This document shows, piece by piece, positions 1 through 8,771 of a stretch of DNA of 64,000 nucleotides. Origin of the DNA: Gemmatimonadota bacterium (GTDB taxonomy: Bacteria; Gemmatimonadota; Gemmatimonadetes; Gemmatimonadales; GWC2-71-9); assembly GCA_036679605.1 (NCBI GenBank), contig JAZDCZ010000289.1, positions 76,153 through 140,152 of the forward strand, given 5' to 3'. The notes under the pieces were generated by a model. The model saw only the letters and a program-made list of their open reading frames with translations. It did no database searches and was not told the DNA's origin. The translations under genes were made by a program, and so were the position numbers. Numbering within the stretch: position 1 is the stretch's first letter; every line of letters begins with the position of its first letter.

Positions 1-115
1 TGGGTGAACCGCAGGACGAGCAAGTCGCGGCCGCAAGCGTGGCGCCACAGCCGCTGCAGAATCTTCCTGTTGCGGTTTGTCCACAACTAGGGCATTTAGT
101 AGTTGCATGGTTCAT
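1..115 (-). CDS. double zinc-ribbon protein, N-terminal part (runs off the window edge)
   Basis: Manual translation from ATG at 115: MNHATTKCPSCGQTATGRFCSGCGATLAAATCSSCGSP, with three CxxC knuckles. Not in the ORF track. Confidence 0.75.
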   Translation of the reverse strand, partial: MNHATTKCPSCGQTATGRFCSGCGATLAAATCSSCGSP

Positions 116-189
116 GAGTTGATCACGTGTCTAGAAATTGGTGCCTGCGTAACGTCACTAATATAGACGGATGGCCCGGGAGCGCGCCT

Positions 190-2442
190 TTGACAACAAA
201 CAAGTTGTGGATTCTCTGCCTGATTCTCACGGTGCCTGGAGGACTCGCGGCCCAGGGCACTAGGACTGTCCGGGGTCGAGTCCTGTCGTCTGTCGATAGC
301 ACGGGTCTCTCTGGAGTACGCGTCAAGGTTGTAGGATCTGCATCCGCTGCTGTTAGCAATGCTGTGGGCGAGTTTGCATTGACGGCACTGCCACGCCAAG
401 CGCTGCGCGTCGCGTTCGAACGAATTGGCCTCATTGCCGATACCGTTGGCCTGTCGGCCGATCAAACCACATTGACCGTTTATCTCGGGTTATCGGCGAT
501 TGCGCTCAAGGCGGTCCAGGGTGCCCCAACTCCGGTGGCTCGCGAGCGTTTCGAGTCGGTCGCCCAGACCAGTACCGTAACCCTAAGTCCCAAAGAGATT
601 ACCAACACTCCGACTCTCGCCGAGCCCGATATTGCCCGGGTGGTTCAACTCCTGCCCGGGACGGTTGCCAAGAATGACTTCAACGTCGGATTCAACGTTC
701 GGGGAGGAGAAGCGGATCAGAATCTTGTACTGCTCGACGGAGTTCAGATTTTCAATCCGAGCCATCTTGGAGGCATCTTCAGCACGTTTGACAACGCAGC
801 GGTCGATCACGTGGACTTTCTGACCGGTGCATTTCCCTCTCGATTCGGCGGTCGCTTGAGCAGCGTGATGGACGTCGAGCTTCGCGACGGGAACCCGAGT
901 TCTACAGATGTGCATGGCAATTTGTCTGCTCTGTCTGCCAAACTTCTCGTGGAGGGACCTATTGGAGGTTCCGGTGCGTCCTACTTGATCGGCGCCCGGA
1001 GGACTTATGCAGATCTCGTCGTAGCACCGTTTCGCGAGGACGGATTCCCCTACTACTTCGGTGACATCGTTGGCAAAGCCACCTTCCCGCTGGCGGGCGG
1101 CGGTACGGTGGCTGTCACCGGGTATGTTGGGCGCGACGTTCTAGACCTGCCCTTTCTCGATGCGGAGCCGGGTCGCGAAGGAATTGATCTAGAGTTCGAC
1201 TGGGGGAACCGATTGCTTGGTATCAATTTTCGCCAGCCCCTCGGCGACGTCGTGCTCGAGCAACACTTCAGTGCCAGTGGATTCACAACCTCTCTCGGCC
1301 TTGAGCCCGATGTGCGCCGGCTCGAAAACTCGAGCCGCGTCCTGACTGCCAGGACGAGCCTTGAGTTTTCATTAGGTGCAACGAATGAGGTTCGAGTAGG
1401 AGGAGGCGTCGAGGACTACAGCATGAGCCTGACGGTGGACAGCAAGTCACTCGACATAAACGACCTTGCGCTCGACTTTGATCCCACGGTTTTGTCGGCT
1501 TTCATAGATGATCAGTGGCGTCCATTTTCTTGGATGCTGTTGCGTCCTGGGGTCCGAGTCGAGCGGATCGGCGGTGGAGCTAGCTTCACCGGAGTCTCGC
1601 CCAGGGCAAGCATGAAGGTGTTCGTCACTAAGGATTTCGCGCTTACGGGGTCAGCGGGCAGGTTCTATCAGCCGATCCACTCAATACGCGATCAAGAACT
1701 GCCGGTGACTCTGTTCGACTTTTGGATAGGTGCTGACAAGAATACCCCCGTGGCTCGCTCCGACCAGTTCGTACTCGGACTCGAGAAGTGGATAGGCGAG
1801 GAGGTTTCCATGTCAGTGGAAGGCTACACAAAAACCTTCGACAATTTAGTGTTTCAGAATCCAGCCGACGACCCCAAGGTAAGAGGGGACGAATTCAGGC
1901 CGGCTACGGGCGACGCCCGCGGCATCGACGTGTTGATTAGGAAGTATTCGGGCGACGTAACTGGATGGATTTCGTACAGCATCGCGAAAACCACGCGCCG
2001 GTCAGAGGGGCAAGAGTTTCCCCCGGCGCACGATCGCAGGCACACCCTGAATGTAGTGCTACAGACCAAAGGGCCATTGGGAAGCCAAATGGGTGCACGT
2101 TGGGGCTATGGCTCGCCCATACCCTTCACCGGGATAGTGGGCCAGTGGCTCCACCGCCAGTACAGCGCCCGACTCAACACGTTCAACAGGATCGACGACG
2201 AAGCCATCAGCACAACCATTAACGCGCGGCGGTTTCCGTTCTATTCTCGTCTGGACCTAAGCTTCCGGTGGGAAGTAGAAAAGTGGGGTGCGACTTGGCA
2301 CCCGTACCTGCAAGTGGTCAACGCCTTTAATCGCACTAACGTATGGGTTTATACCTTCGACTTTGATCGAGCCCCACCTACCAGATCAGGTTTCTCTCAG
2401 TTACCGATCCTTCCGACCATTGGAGTGGACTTCGAATGGTGA
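190..2442 (+). CDS. TonB-dependent receptor with N-terminal carboxypeptidase-regulatory-like domain
   Basis: Plug motif VRGGEADQNLVLLDG..IFNPSHLGG, beta-barrel C-terminus ending in FEW, signal peptide. ORF is open from 127; TTG at 190 with upstream GGGAG is preferred. Confidence 0.9.
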   Translation: MTTNKLWILCLILTVPGGLAAQGTRTVRGRVLSSVDSTGLSGVRVKVVGSASAAVSNAVGEFALTALPRQALRVAFERIGLIADTVGLSADQTTLTVYLGLSAIALKAVQGAPTPVARERFESVAQTSTVTLSPKEITNTPTLAEPDIARVVQLLPGTVAKNDFNVGFNVRGGEADQNLVLLDGVQIFNPSHLGGIFSTFDNAAVDHVDFLTGAFPSRFGGRLSSVMDVELRDGNPSSTDVHGNLSALSAKLLVEGPIGGSGASYLIGARRTYADLVVAPFREDGFPYYFGDIVGKATFPLAGGGTVAVTGYVGRDVLDLPFLDAEPGREGIDLEFDWGNRLLGINFRQPLGDVVLEQHFSASGFTTSLGLEPDVRRLENSSRVLTARTSLEFSLGATNEVRVGGGVEDYSMSLTVDSKSLDINDLALDFDPTVLSAFIDDQWRPFSWMLLRPGVRVERIGGGASFTGVSPRASMKVFVTKDFALTGSAGRFYQPIHSIRDQELPVTLFDFWIGADKNTPVARSDQFVLGLEKWIGEEVSMSVEGYTKTFDNLVFQNPADDPKVRGDEFRPATGDARGIDVLIRKYSGDVTGWISYSIAKTTRRSEGQEFPPAHDRRHTLNVVLQTKGPLGSQMGARWGYGSPIPFTGIVGQWLHRQYSARLNTFNRIDDEAISTTINARRFPFYSRLDLSFRWEVEKWGATWHPYLQVVNAFNRTNVWVYTFDFDRAPPTRSGFSQLPILPTIGVDFEW

Positions 2443-2642
2443 CCGGAGGAACTGCCAGACATTTTCTGGTGGTTGGGTGCAGCGTGTTGATCTCTGGTTG
2501 TGACCTCAAAGAGGTAGTCGTTCCCGTCGGCGAGCCAACGGTGGTGGTGCAAGCGGTGATGCGTCCGGATCTCGGAGGACGGTACCTCCTTGGAAACGGC
2601 AGTGACACGTCTACCGCGATCCCAAGTCACGAGTTACTCTAG
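2436..2642 (+). pseudogene. truncated lipoprotein (DUF4249-like partner of a TonB receptor)
   Basis: Lipobox ISGC followed by EVVVPVGEPTVVVQAVMRPD, overlapping the receptor stop. Only 68 aa, much shorter than expected for such partners. Confidence 0.5.
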
Positions 2643-2645
2643 CCT

Positions 2646-2951
2646 ATGACTGAGGACAGCGACCGTAGGATCGCACAGAGCCGCTTCGAGCCTTCCCTTG
2701 CCGAAATCAAAGCTCGTCAGATGGGTGAACTGACCCGCGGCCAGAGCCACTGGGACGTGTTGCTCGAGGTCGCAAGGGACAGCGCACTAGGAGCTATCCG
2801 CGGCCGGATCCACTTCATTTCGGGCAATATCCACCGACTGTCGGGTTGGATTTTTCTGGAATGGTCCGACAAGGACGTCCAGGCCCGGTTCTCGGCGTTT
2901 TCTGCGCAGGATCTATGGAATCTTCTCGATTCGCTCGGGGTAGGTACATAA
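2646..2951 (+). CDS. hypothetical protein
   Basis: 101-aa ORF with protein-like composition filling the gap before glnA. Confidence 0.7.
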   Translation: MTEDSDRRIAQSRFEPSLAEIKARQMGELTRGQSHWDVLLEVARDSALGAIRGRIHFISGNIHRLSGWIFLEWSDKDVQARFSAFSAQDLWNLLDSLGVGT

Positions 2952-3122
2952 TCGGGTTTCCACCTCAAATGTTGCATCAGTGACACATTTTCCAAACAAA
3001 TCATACATCAATTATCTATTCTATCGTGGTATGTTCACGAATTGGTGTGAAAATTGCACGAACTACTTGACATAACCAGTCAGGTGTCGATAACCTCAGT
3101 AAACACTAGCTCGGAGCCTAAA

Positions 3123-4529
3123 TTGTCACACCACAAATCTCTCACTGTACCCGGCCCCGACAAAAAGTCGGCTGTTCGCGGCAAGGTCATAGATACCAAG
3201 GGAGCAAGCGGCAGCGATATCGTGAAGCTGGCCCACGAACTCGAGGTGGACTTTCTCCGACTGCAGTTCAGCGACGTCACGGGTATCAACAAGAATGTGG
3301 AGGTGCCGGAAAGTCAGTTCGAGAAGGCGGTTGAAGGTGATGTGATGTTCGATGGGTCCTCTATCGAGGGCTTCGCCCGCATTGAAGAGAGCGACATGGT
3401 CCTGAAGCCCGACCTCGACACGTTCAAGGTCTTCCCCTACGATGACGAGGGTGGGCGGGTTGCGAGGTTGATCTGTGATATCTATGTACCCGACGGTACG
3501 CCGTTCGCTGGTTGTCCCCGCCTGACCCTAAAACGTCAGATAGCTCATGCCAAGAAGATGGGGTTTCAGATGACGGCGGGTTGCGAAGCGGAGTTCTTCA
3601 TCTTCCATCTAGGTGAACACGGAGAAGCATCGCTCGACACGCACGATTCGGGTGGGTATTTCGACTTGGCCCCAGTTGATAAGGCCGAGCCCATTCGTCG
3701 ATTGATCATCCAGGATCTAGAGCATTTGGGTTTCGAAGTGGAAGCAGGTCACCACGAGGTGGCTGGTGGACAACACGAAGTGGACTTCAGGTATGCCGAC
3801 GCTCTAACCACGGCGGACAACCTCGCAACATTTCGCTTCATCGTGCGTACGCTGGCGTATCGTCACGGGTTCATGGCTACCTTCATGCCCAAGCCCATTG
3901 AGGGAAACAATGGCTCGGGCATGCATACCCATCAGTCTCTACTTCTAGAGAATGGAATGAACGCCTTCTACGATCCGAAGGCCAAATGGGAAATCTCCGA
4001 TACGGGGTTGGCTTACATAGCAGGATTGCTGAAACACGCCTGCGGTTTCGTGGCCGTCACCAATCCGTTGGTCAACAGCTACAAACGGCTCGTGCCGGGT
4101 TTCGAGGCTCCTACGAACGTCGCATGGAGTATGCGCAATCGATCCCCACTGATTCGGATTCCCGACCGTCGCGGCCAAGGTACGAGGTGTGAGTTGCGGA
4201 TGCCGGATCCCTCGGCCAATCCCTATCTTGCGCTGGCGGTCCAGTTGGCTGCGGGGCTTGACGGAGTATCGAACAAATGGTCCCCGCCGGATCCAGTCAA
4301 TAAGAACATCTTCACGATGAGCCATCGCGAGAGGCGCAAGTATCGCATAGATGAACTGCCAAGGGATCTGCACGAAGCGTTAGATCAGCTTGAGAAAGAC
4401 CAGGTCATCCGCGATGCTCTAGGCAGTCACATCTTTGAGCGGTTTATGGAGGCCAAGCGCCAGGAGTGGCGTGAATACTCTGCTATGGTGAGCGACTGGG
4501 AGGTGGGAAAGTACCTAGGCAGCTACTGA
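3123..4529 (+). CDS. glnA: glutamine synthetase type I
   Basis: FDGSSIEGF, HHEVAGGQHE, FMPKP..NGSGMH, NSYKRLVPGFEAP and ELRMPDP motifs. ORF is open from 3054; TTG at 3123 has a GGAG SD. Confidence 0.96.
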   Translation: MSHHKSLTVPGPDKKSAVRGKVIDTKGASGSDIVKLAHELEVDFLRLQFSDVTGINKNVEVPESQFEKAVEGDVMFDGSSIEGFARIEESDMVLKPDLDTFKVFPYDDEGGRVARLICDIYVPDGTPFAGCPRLTLKRQIAHAKKMGFQMTAGCEAEFFIFHLGEHGEASLDTHDSGGYFDLAPVDKAEPIRRLIIQDLEHLGFEVEAGHHEVAGGQHEVDFRYADALTTADNLATFRFIVRTLAYRHGFMATFMPKPIEGNNGSGMHTHQSLLLENGMNAFYDPKAKWEISDTGLAYIAGLLKHACGFVAVTNPLVNSYKRLVPGFEAPTNVAWSMRNRSPLIRIPDRRGQGTRCELRMPDPSANPYLALAVQLAAGLDGVSNKWSPPDPVNKNIFTMSHRERRKYRIDELPRDLHEALDQLEKDQVIRDALGSHIFERFMEAKRQEWREYSAMVSDWEVGKYLGSY

Positions 4530-4571
4530 GCCGATAACTAACTAGATTCCCTTTTCAGGATCGTACGATCT

Positions 4572-4610
4572 GTCCCGGTGCCGCCATGCGGTATCGGGAC
4601 GTTCTGTTTA
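4572..4610 (+). terminator. probable intrinsic terminator after glnA
   Basis: GTCCCGGTGCCGC-cat-GCGGTATCGGGAC hairpin followed by gttctgttt. Confidence 0.6.
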
Positions 4611-4629
4611 GGTTTTAGCTCGGTTTTTC

Positions 4630-6198
4630 ATGAAGCTACTGATTTCTCTGTGTGTTCTGCTTACGGTTTCGCGGTTGTTGCCGGCACAGGTCGTCTCGCG
4701 CGATCTGAGTTCTGTTATAGACAGCATCGAGATAGTCAATCAGAATGTTTTTAGCGAAACGGAAGCTAGCTCGAGCTTCTTGTTTCGCGTGGCGAACTCC
4801 ATCCGAGTGAGTACCCGTACAGGCGTGGTGCGTCGCGAGTTGCTCTTCAAGGTGGGTGAGTCGTACGACTCTGCAACCGCAGCAGAGACCGAGAGGAATC
4901 TCCGCAGACTAGGGATATTCCGCGATGTTACCATCGATACCGTTCGGGTTGATGGGCGCCTGACGGCAGTCGTGAGAACCGCGGACGGTTGGACGACAGA
5001 CTTGCAACTGAACGCCCGTTCCACGGGCGGCGAGTTTTCCTGGGCCGCAGGTCTGCTCGAGCGAAATTTTCTGGGAAGTGCCACGAGCCTAGGGGCAAGT
5101 TACCGTAACGAGCCCGACCGGACCGCGGTGGCGGTGATATTCGCCGCTGACAGAACATTCGGGTCCAGAATAGCTGTCCAGGGACTCTACGATGACCTTA
5201 GTGATGGCAGGCGCGGCTTCTGGTCGATGGGTCTTCCTTTCAGAGCATTTACCGACAGGAGATCCTTCAATTTTACCGGTGCGGCAAGCAAGGAGCGGAT
5301 ACTCCAGTTCAGGGACGGCAACTTGTTTGCGACGTTTCGGCGCCGGATGTTCCGACAGCGCGGTCAGGTCGCGATCGCTCCGATTGCAACGAGTGCCGGA
5401 TACGTTCGCGTCGGCGTAGCAGGCCAGATCAAGCGTGAAGAATACCTGCCGGAAGCAGCCATAGGTTCGCTCGTGCCGGATACGGTAACGGGTGCATTGG
5501 GGGTCTTCGCCGACCTGCGGAAAGCTCGATTCAGGGTCGTAACTCATTACAACGGATTCGCACGGGAAGTGGACATAGACTTGAGTACAAGGGTTTCCCT
5601 GACTTCGTGGTTTGCGCCCAGCGCGTTTGGCTATGAGAAAACTGGTGTCGGAGGTGGCATCGCGGTGCGTACGGGTGGATCACTCGGTCGGAGTTTTGGA
5701 TGGGTCCAGGTTAGAGCCAATGGATTGTTTACGTCTTCATCCGGTCTTGATTCAGGTCGCGTTTCGGTGAGTGTAACCGGTGTCTCACAGATTCTCTCGA
5801 AAAGTGCATCGGTCTTTCATCTGGAGGCGGGTTCGCTACGGCGCACGGCTCCGGGAACCGAATTCGATCTGGGCCATGGGTTCGGGCCGAGGGCGTTTGG
5901 TGTCCACGCTTTCACCGGGACCAGGACGGTGTGGGGATCGCTCGAACACCGTGCGTTCCTGGCCGACGAGGTTTTCGGTTTGCTGGGGCTTGGGGTTGCG
6001 GGCTTTGTGGACTATGGAGGAGCCTGGTTTGCAAATCAGGGCGCGCGGGTTGGTGGTGACGTAGGTGGTGGCATTCGCTTCGGTTCGACGAGGGCAACCG
6101 GCCCGAATATCGGTCGGATCGATATTGCGTATCGTTTCGGCGACGGTATAGGGTCGAGTCGCTGGATTGTCCTGTTCGGGCGCGGCTTCTTTTTCTGA
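4630..6198 (+). CDS. Omp85/BamA-TamA family outer-membrane protein with POTRA domain
   Basis: Signal peptide, POTRA-like TRTGVVRRELLFKVGESYD..ETERNLRRLGIF, C-terminal FVDYGGAW and GGGIRF strands, terminal Phe. Confidence 0.85.
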   Translation: MKLLISLCVLLTVSRLLPAQVVSRDLSSVIDSIEIVNQNVFSETEASSSFLFRVANSIRVSTRTGVVRRELLFKVGESYDSATAAETERNLRRLGIFRDVTIDTVRVDGRLTAVVRTADGWTTDLQLNARSTGGEFSWAAGLLERNFLGSATSLGASYRNEPDRTAVAVIFAADRTFGSRIAVQGLYDDLSDGRRGFWSMGLPFRAFTDRRSFNFTGAASKERILQFRDGNLFATFRRRMFRQRGQVAIAPIATSAGYVRVGVAGQIKREEYLPEAAIGSLVPDTVTGALGVFADLRKARFRVVTHYNGFAREVDIDLSTRVSLTSWFAPSAFGYEKTGVGGGIAVRTGGSLGRSFGWVQVRANGLFTSSSGLDSGRVSVSVTGVSQILSKSASVFHLEAGSLRRTAPGTEFDLGHGFGPRAFGVHAFTGTRTVWGSLEHRAFLADEVFGLLGLGVAGFVDYGGAWFANQGARVGGDVGGGIRFGSTRATGPNIGRIDIAYRFGDGIGSSRWIVLFGRGFFF

Positions 6199-6741
6199 GG
6201 CGTCGACCTCGGCACTCTCTGGCTGCCTGCTGCCCACTTCTTGTCTGACGGACGACCAATATGCCCTGGCTAGCTGTTCGACAAGAGGCTTAACCCGCTC
6301 GCGCAGTGTAGTCAATTTGTCTGACGGTATCGCGCCGAGCAGTTTTCTCGACGACCAAGTCGGCGTGTAGACCATCTTGGTGGAATCCCGCATCAACAGT
6401 GTTAGCTGTCGCACTTCCAGCGAGGCTGTGTAGAAGTACTGCCTACTGGAGAGTCGGAGCAGCTGTAGCACGAGATGCACGGCCGGATTGCCGATGGTTT
6501 GCTGCCACTCCGGTTGGGTCAAGATCGTGATATTATTGCGACTCAGGATCGATGCTATGTCTGCCCGCAGTGAGTCGGGGGACAACCCCTCAATAGTGCG
6601 CGGAACGCCGGTTACCTCGATATAGAATCCAGGAATAACCGCAAGGCTCTCGAATTCGAGTCGGCTGCGACCCGACTGAGCCCATCCGGTTGATGACACT
6701 GAAAGAGCTGTAGCAACCAGCAATAAAGTGCGCGACCACAT
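5836..6741 (-). CDS. secreted hypothetical protein (3' end overlaps the convergent Omp85 gene)
   Basis: Signal peptide MWSRTLLLVATALSVSSTGWA. Protein-like to about 6200; the rest reads antisense to the neighbouring gene. Confidence 0.6.
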   Translation of the reverse strand: MWSRTLLLVATALSVSSTGWAQSGRSRLEFESLAVIPGFYIEVTGVPRTIEGLSPDSLRADIASILSRNNITILTQPEWQQTIGNPAVHLVLQLLRLSSRQYFYTASLEVRQLTLLMRDSTKMVYTPTWSSRKLLGAIPSDKLTTLRERVKPLVEQLARAYWSSVRQEVGSRQPESAEVDASEKEAAPEQDNPATRPYTVAETIRNIDPTDIRAGCPRRTEANATTYVTTNPRALICKPGSSIVHKARNPKPQQTENLVGQERTVFERSPHRPGPGESVDTKRPRPEPMAQIEFGSRSRAP

Positions 6742-6853
6742 GGTGCCAACTCCGAAATGATTGAGCAATAAGAATGACGATTCTCAGTGCGTTTTGTCAG
6801 GGGCAACGAGCCCGCTTGAGAAAGTCATGCTCCTGTGCGACTTTGAGTCTCCC

Positions 6854-6925
6854 GGCGCCGTGGCCAAGTGGTAAGGCGGAGGTCTGCAAAACCTCTATTC
6901 GGCAGTTCGAATCTGCCCGGCGCCT
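6854..6925 (+). tRNA. tRNA-Cys (GCA)
   Basis: Acceptor GGCGCCG/CGGCGCC, D-arm GGCCAAGTGGTAAGGC, anticodon stem GAGGT-CTGCAAA-ACCTC, T-loop GTTCGAATC, discriminator U. CCA is not encoded. Confidence 0.97.
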
Positions 6926-7001
6926 CTCCGCTCGCTTTGCGAGCGATCGTGGGCCGCACAGCTTCGGTCAACGCCGCTCGTCTCTGACTCGCGGCTTACG
7001 G

Positions 7002-7023
7002 TCGAATCTGCCCGGCGCCTCTC
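7002..7023 (+). repeat. 22-bp duplicate of the tRNA-Cys 3' end
   Basis: TCGAATCTGCCCGGCGCCTCTC occurs at 6907-6928 and again at 7002-7023. Confidence 0.9.
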
Positions 7024-7079
7024 TGCAGGTCTCGTTATGTGAATGATGCGACCAGGAAGGTCGTCGGGATTTGCCGACC

Positions 7080-7496
7080 CTATGTCCGAGGTCGCTCAAG
7101 GACCGCTACGACTTTTCCATACTCCGTGCCTACCAGTCCCTCGAGTTCGTGGGCAATGTCGACATTTGGGCCAAGCTTGCTGCTCCACATGCCGCTCCGG
7201 AGTTGCCTCGCTGCGTGTTTCAGACTGTCCCCAACCGCATAGATTGCAATCTTCTCCTTGTCGGGTTGGTGGCTGGGAGAATCACACGGGACGTAGCCGA
7301 ACAAACCAAGAACTTCAATGAACGCTTCAATCGTCGCCTTCCTGGTCACCTGTGCGGGCCAGTAGCCCAGACGGTGGGGCCACCAGTTCCGGGATTTGTC
7401 GCCGACTGCCCAAGCAATGCAGTTGTACTTTCTGTCTGGCGGGCTCGTCAATCCGTAGAGGGTAGTCCTGAGCTTTGGGAAGGACTTCTCTAGCAT
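7080..7496 (-). CDS. YNCIAWA-motif protein (DUF7689-like; possible Cys/His catalytic pair)
   Basis: TSP...YNCIAWA, HAARQ, WSSKLG and YG motifs. Last gene of a 3-gene cassette. Confidence 0.7.
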   Translation of the reverse strand: MLEKSFPKLRTTLYGLTSPPDRKYNCIAWAVGDKSRNWWPHRLGYWPAQVTRKATIEAFIEVLGLFGYVPCDSPSHQPDKEKIAIYAVGDSLKHAARQLRSGMWSSKLGPNVDIAHELEGLVGTEYGKVVAVLERPRT

Positions 7497-7499
7497 ATT

Positions 7500-7928
7500 C
7501 TAATCGTAGAAATACCTCACAGTTTTCCCCCATTCGATCCATGCCTCTGTCATTCGGTCAAGGTCTCCCCTATCGGTTGCGTTGACGGGATCGGCGCCGG
7601 TCAATGCGCTAAGGGCCCAGAACCACTGATTCGGTTCGCGCCGTAGTTCGTGGAGGATCAGTGGGATCACCTCGGGTCCCAGACCAATGATCTGCTGATA
7701 GGCGGGGTTCATCACGATCTCGTCAAGCGACGACGTGAAGGCTGTCACAAGTCGCCATGTTTCGGCAAGGTCTCGGAACTGCGACGCCAATGGCCTGCGT
7801 GAGACAGGCTCTCCAAAGTGAATGCTAGCTGCTCGCAGATCCTTCTCCACAAGAGCGTAGTCATTTCCGGCACCCGTCGAAGCTGGCTCGTCAAGAGCGA
7901 ACCGATCGATTCCCGTATAGGCAGTCAT
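7500..7928 (-). CDS. conserved hypothetical helical protein
   Basis: PAYQQIIGLGPEVIPLILHEL..WFWAL..TGADPV motif. ATG at 7928 overlaps the upstream stop (ATGA). Confidence 0.75.
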   Translation of the reverse strand: MTAYTGIDRFALDEPASTGAGNDYALVEKDLRAASIHFGEPVSRRPLASQFRDLAETWRLVTAFTSSLDEIVMNPAYQQIIGLGPEVIPLILHELRREPNQWFWALSALTGADPVNATDRGDLDRMTEAWIEWGKTVRYFYD

Positions 7929-8698
7929 TTGAATAACTCCTTTGCCTTGTCGGTGAAGCTGAGCGTGAAAATCTCGTTCTTTAGCGTTCTGAGTTCTTCC
8001 AAGGCATCCCAAACCTGGTCGCTGTCCGGATCATACTTACCCTCACGGAACACATCGACATCGAAAATCAGGGCAAAAATATTCGGCGACGGTGCCTTGG
8101 GATCTACCGTTTCTGTGATGATGGCTGTGCCTCTCCCTTTCGTATCTGGTACAACCAACCGCATGAAAAAGTTCGGGAGCTGCTGAGAAATGCCCTCCGC
8201 AATCTCTGGTGCTGTCAAGAAATAGTCCTTGAAAGCCAGTCCTGCCGCAGGTACAGGAATCTCGACACGGTTGATGTACCGCAGGGCGATTCTTGTGACC
8301 GCCGTGGGCTTAAAAGTCTGCCAGTAGGTGTCCCACAACCGCCGCGCTTCATCCCGCAGAGCTGCCCACGTCTCGTAAGGTCGTAGTCGGCTGAACCCAA
8401 AAAGATCTACGCGGGGCTGGACCACGCAAAGACCATCAGCAGATTTCAGCAGGAATCCGATCGGGGTCCCAGAACCCTCAGTACTGACCTCCTTCTTTTC
8501 TTTGTCGAAGTGGATGTTGGCCTCGACATTCATTCTGACACTCTTTTCGGGATACTCCGATGCGATGGCTTGGACGAATGAATCCAGATCATCGAAGTGG
8601 ATGTCGGGCGGGTTTGTCACGCGAAGTTCCAGAACGGCTTCCGTTATCGGTGCGTTCGGAAAGTGAAGCTCAGTGTCCAGCTGGGTGGGGTGCGCCAC
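7925..8698 (-). CDS. TIGR04255 family protein
   Basis: FPNAPITEAVLELR, PYETW, TRIALRYINRVEIP, FDVDVF and LRTLKNEIF motifs. Confidence 0.85.
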   Translation of the reverse strand: MAHPTQLDTELHFPNAPITEAVLELRVTNPPDIHFDDLDSFVQAIASEYPEKSVRMNVEANIHFDKEKKEVSTEGSGTPIGFLLKSADGLCVVQPRVDLFGFSRLRPYETWAALRDEARRLWDTYWQTFKPTAVTRIALRYINRVEIPVPAAGLAFKDYFLTAPEIAEGISQQLPNFFMRLVVPDTKGRGTAIITETVDPKAPSPNIFALIFDVDVFREGKYDPDSDQVWDALEELRTLKNEIFTLSFTDKAKELFK

Positions 8699-8771
8699 AG
8701 ACTATAATCTGCTCACTTCTATCACCGAAGACAAGTCGACTTGCTAGTCATTGAACGACAGTCCCACAATC

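Noticed and set aside
6774..7046. 90-aa ORF across the tRNA
   Set aside because: Overlaps tRNA-Cys; spurious.
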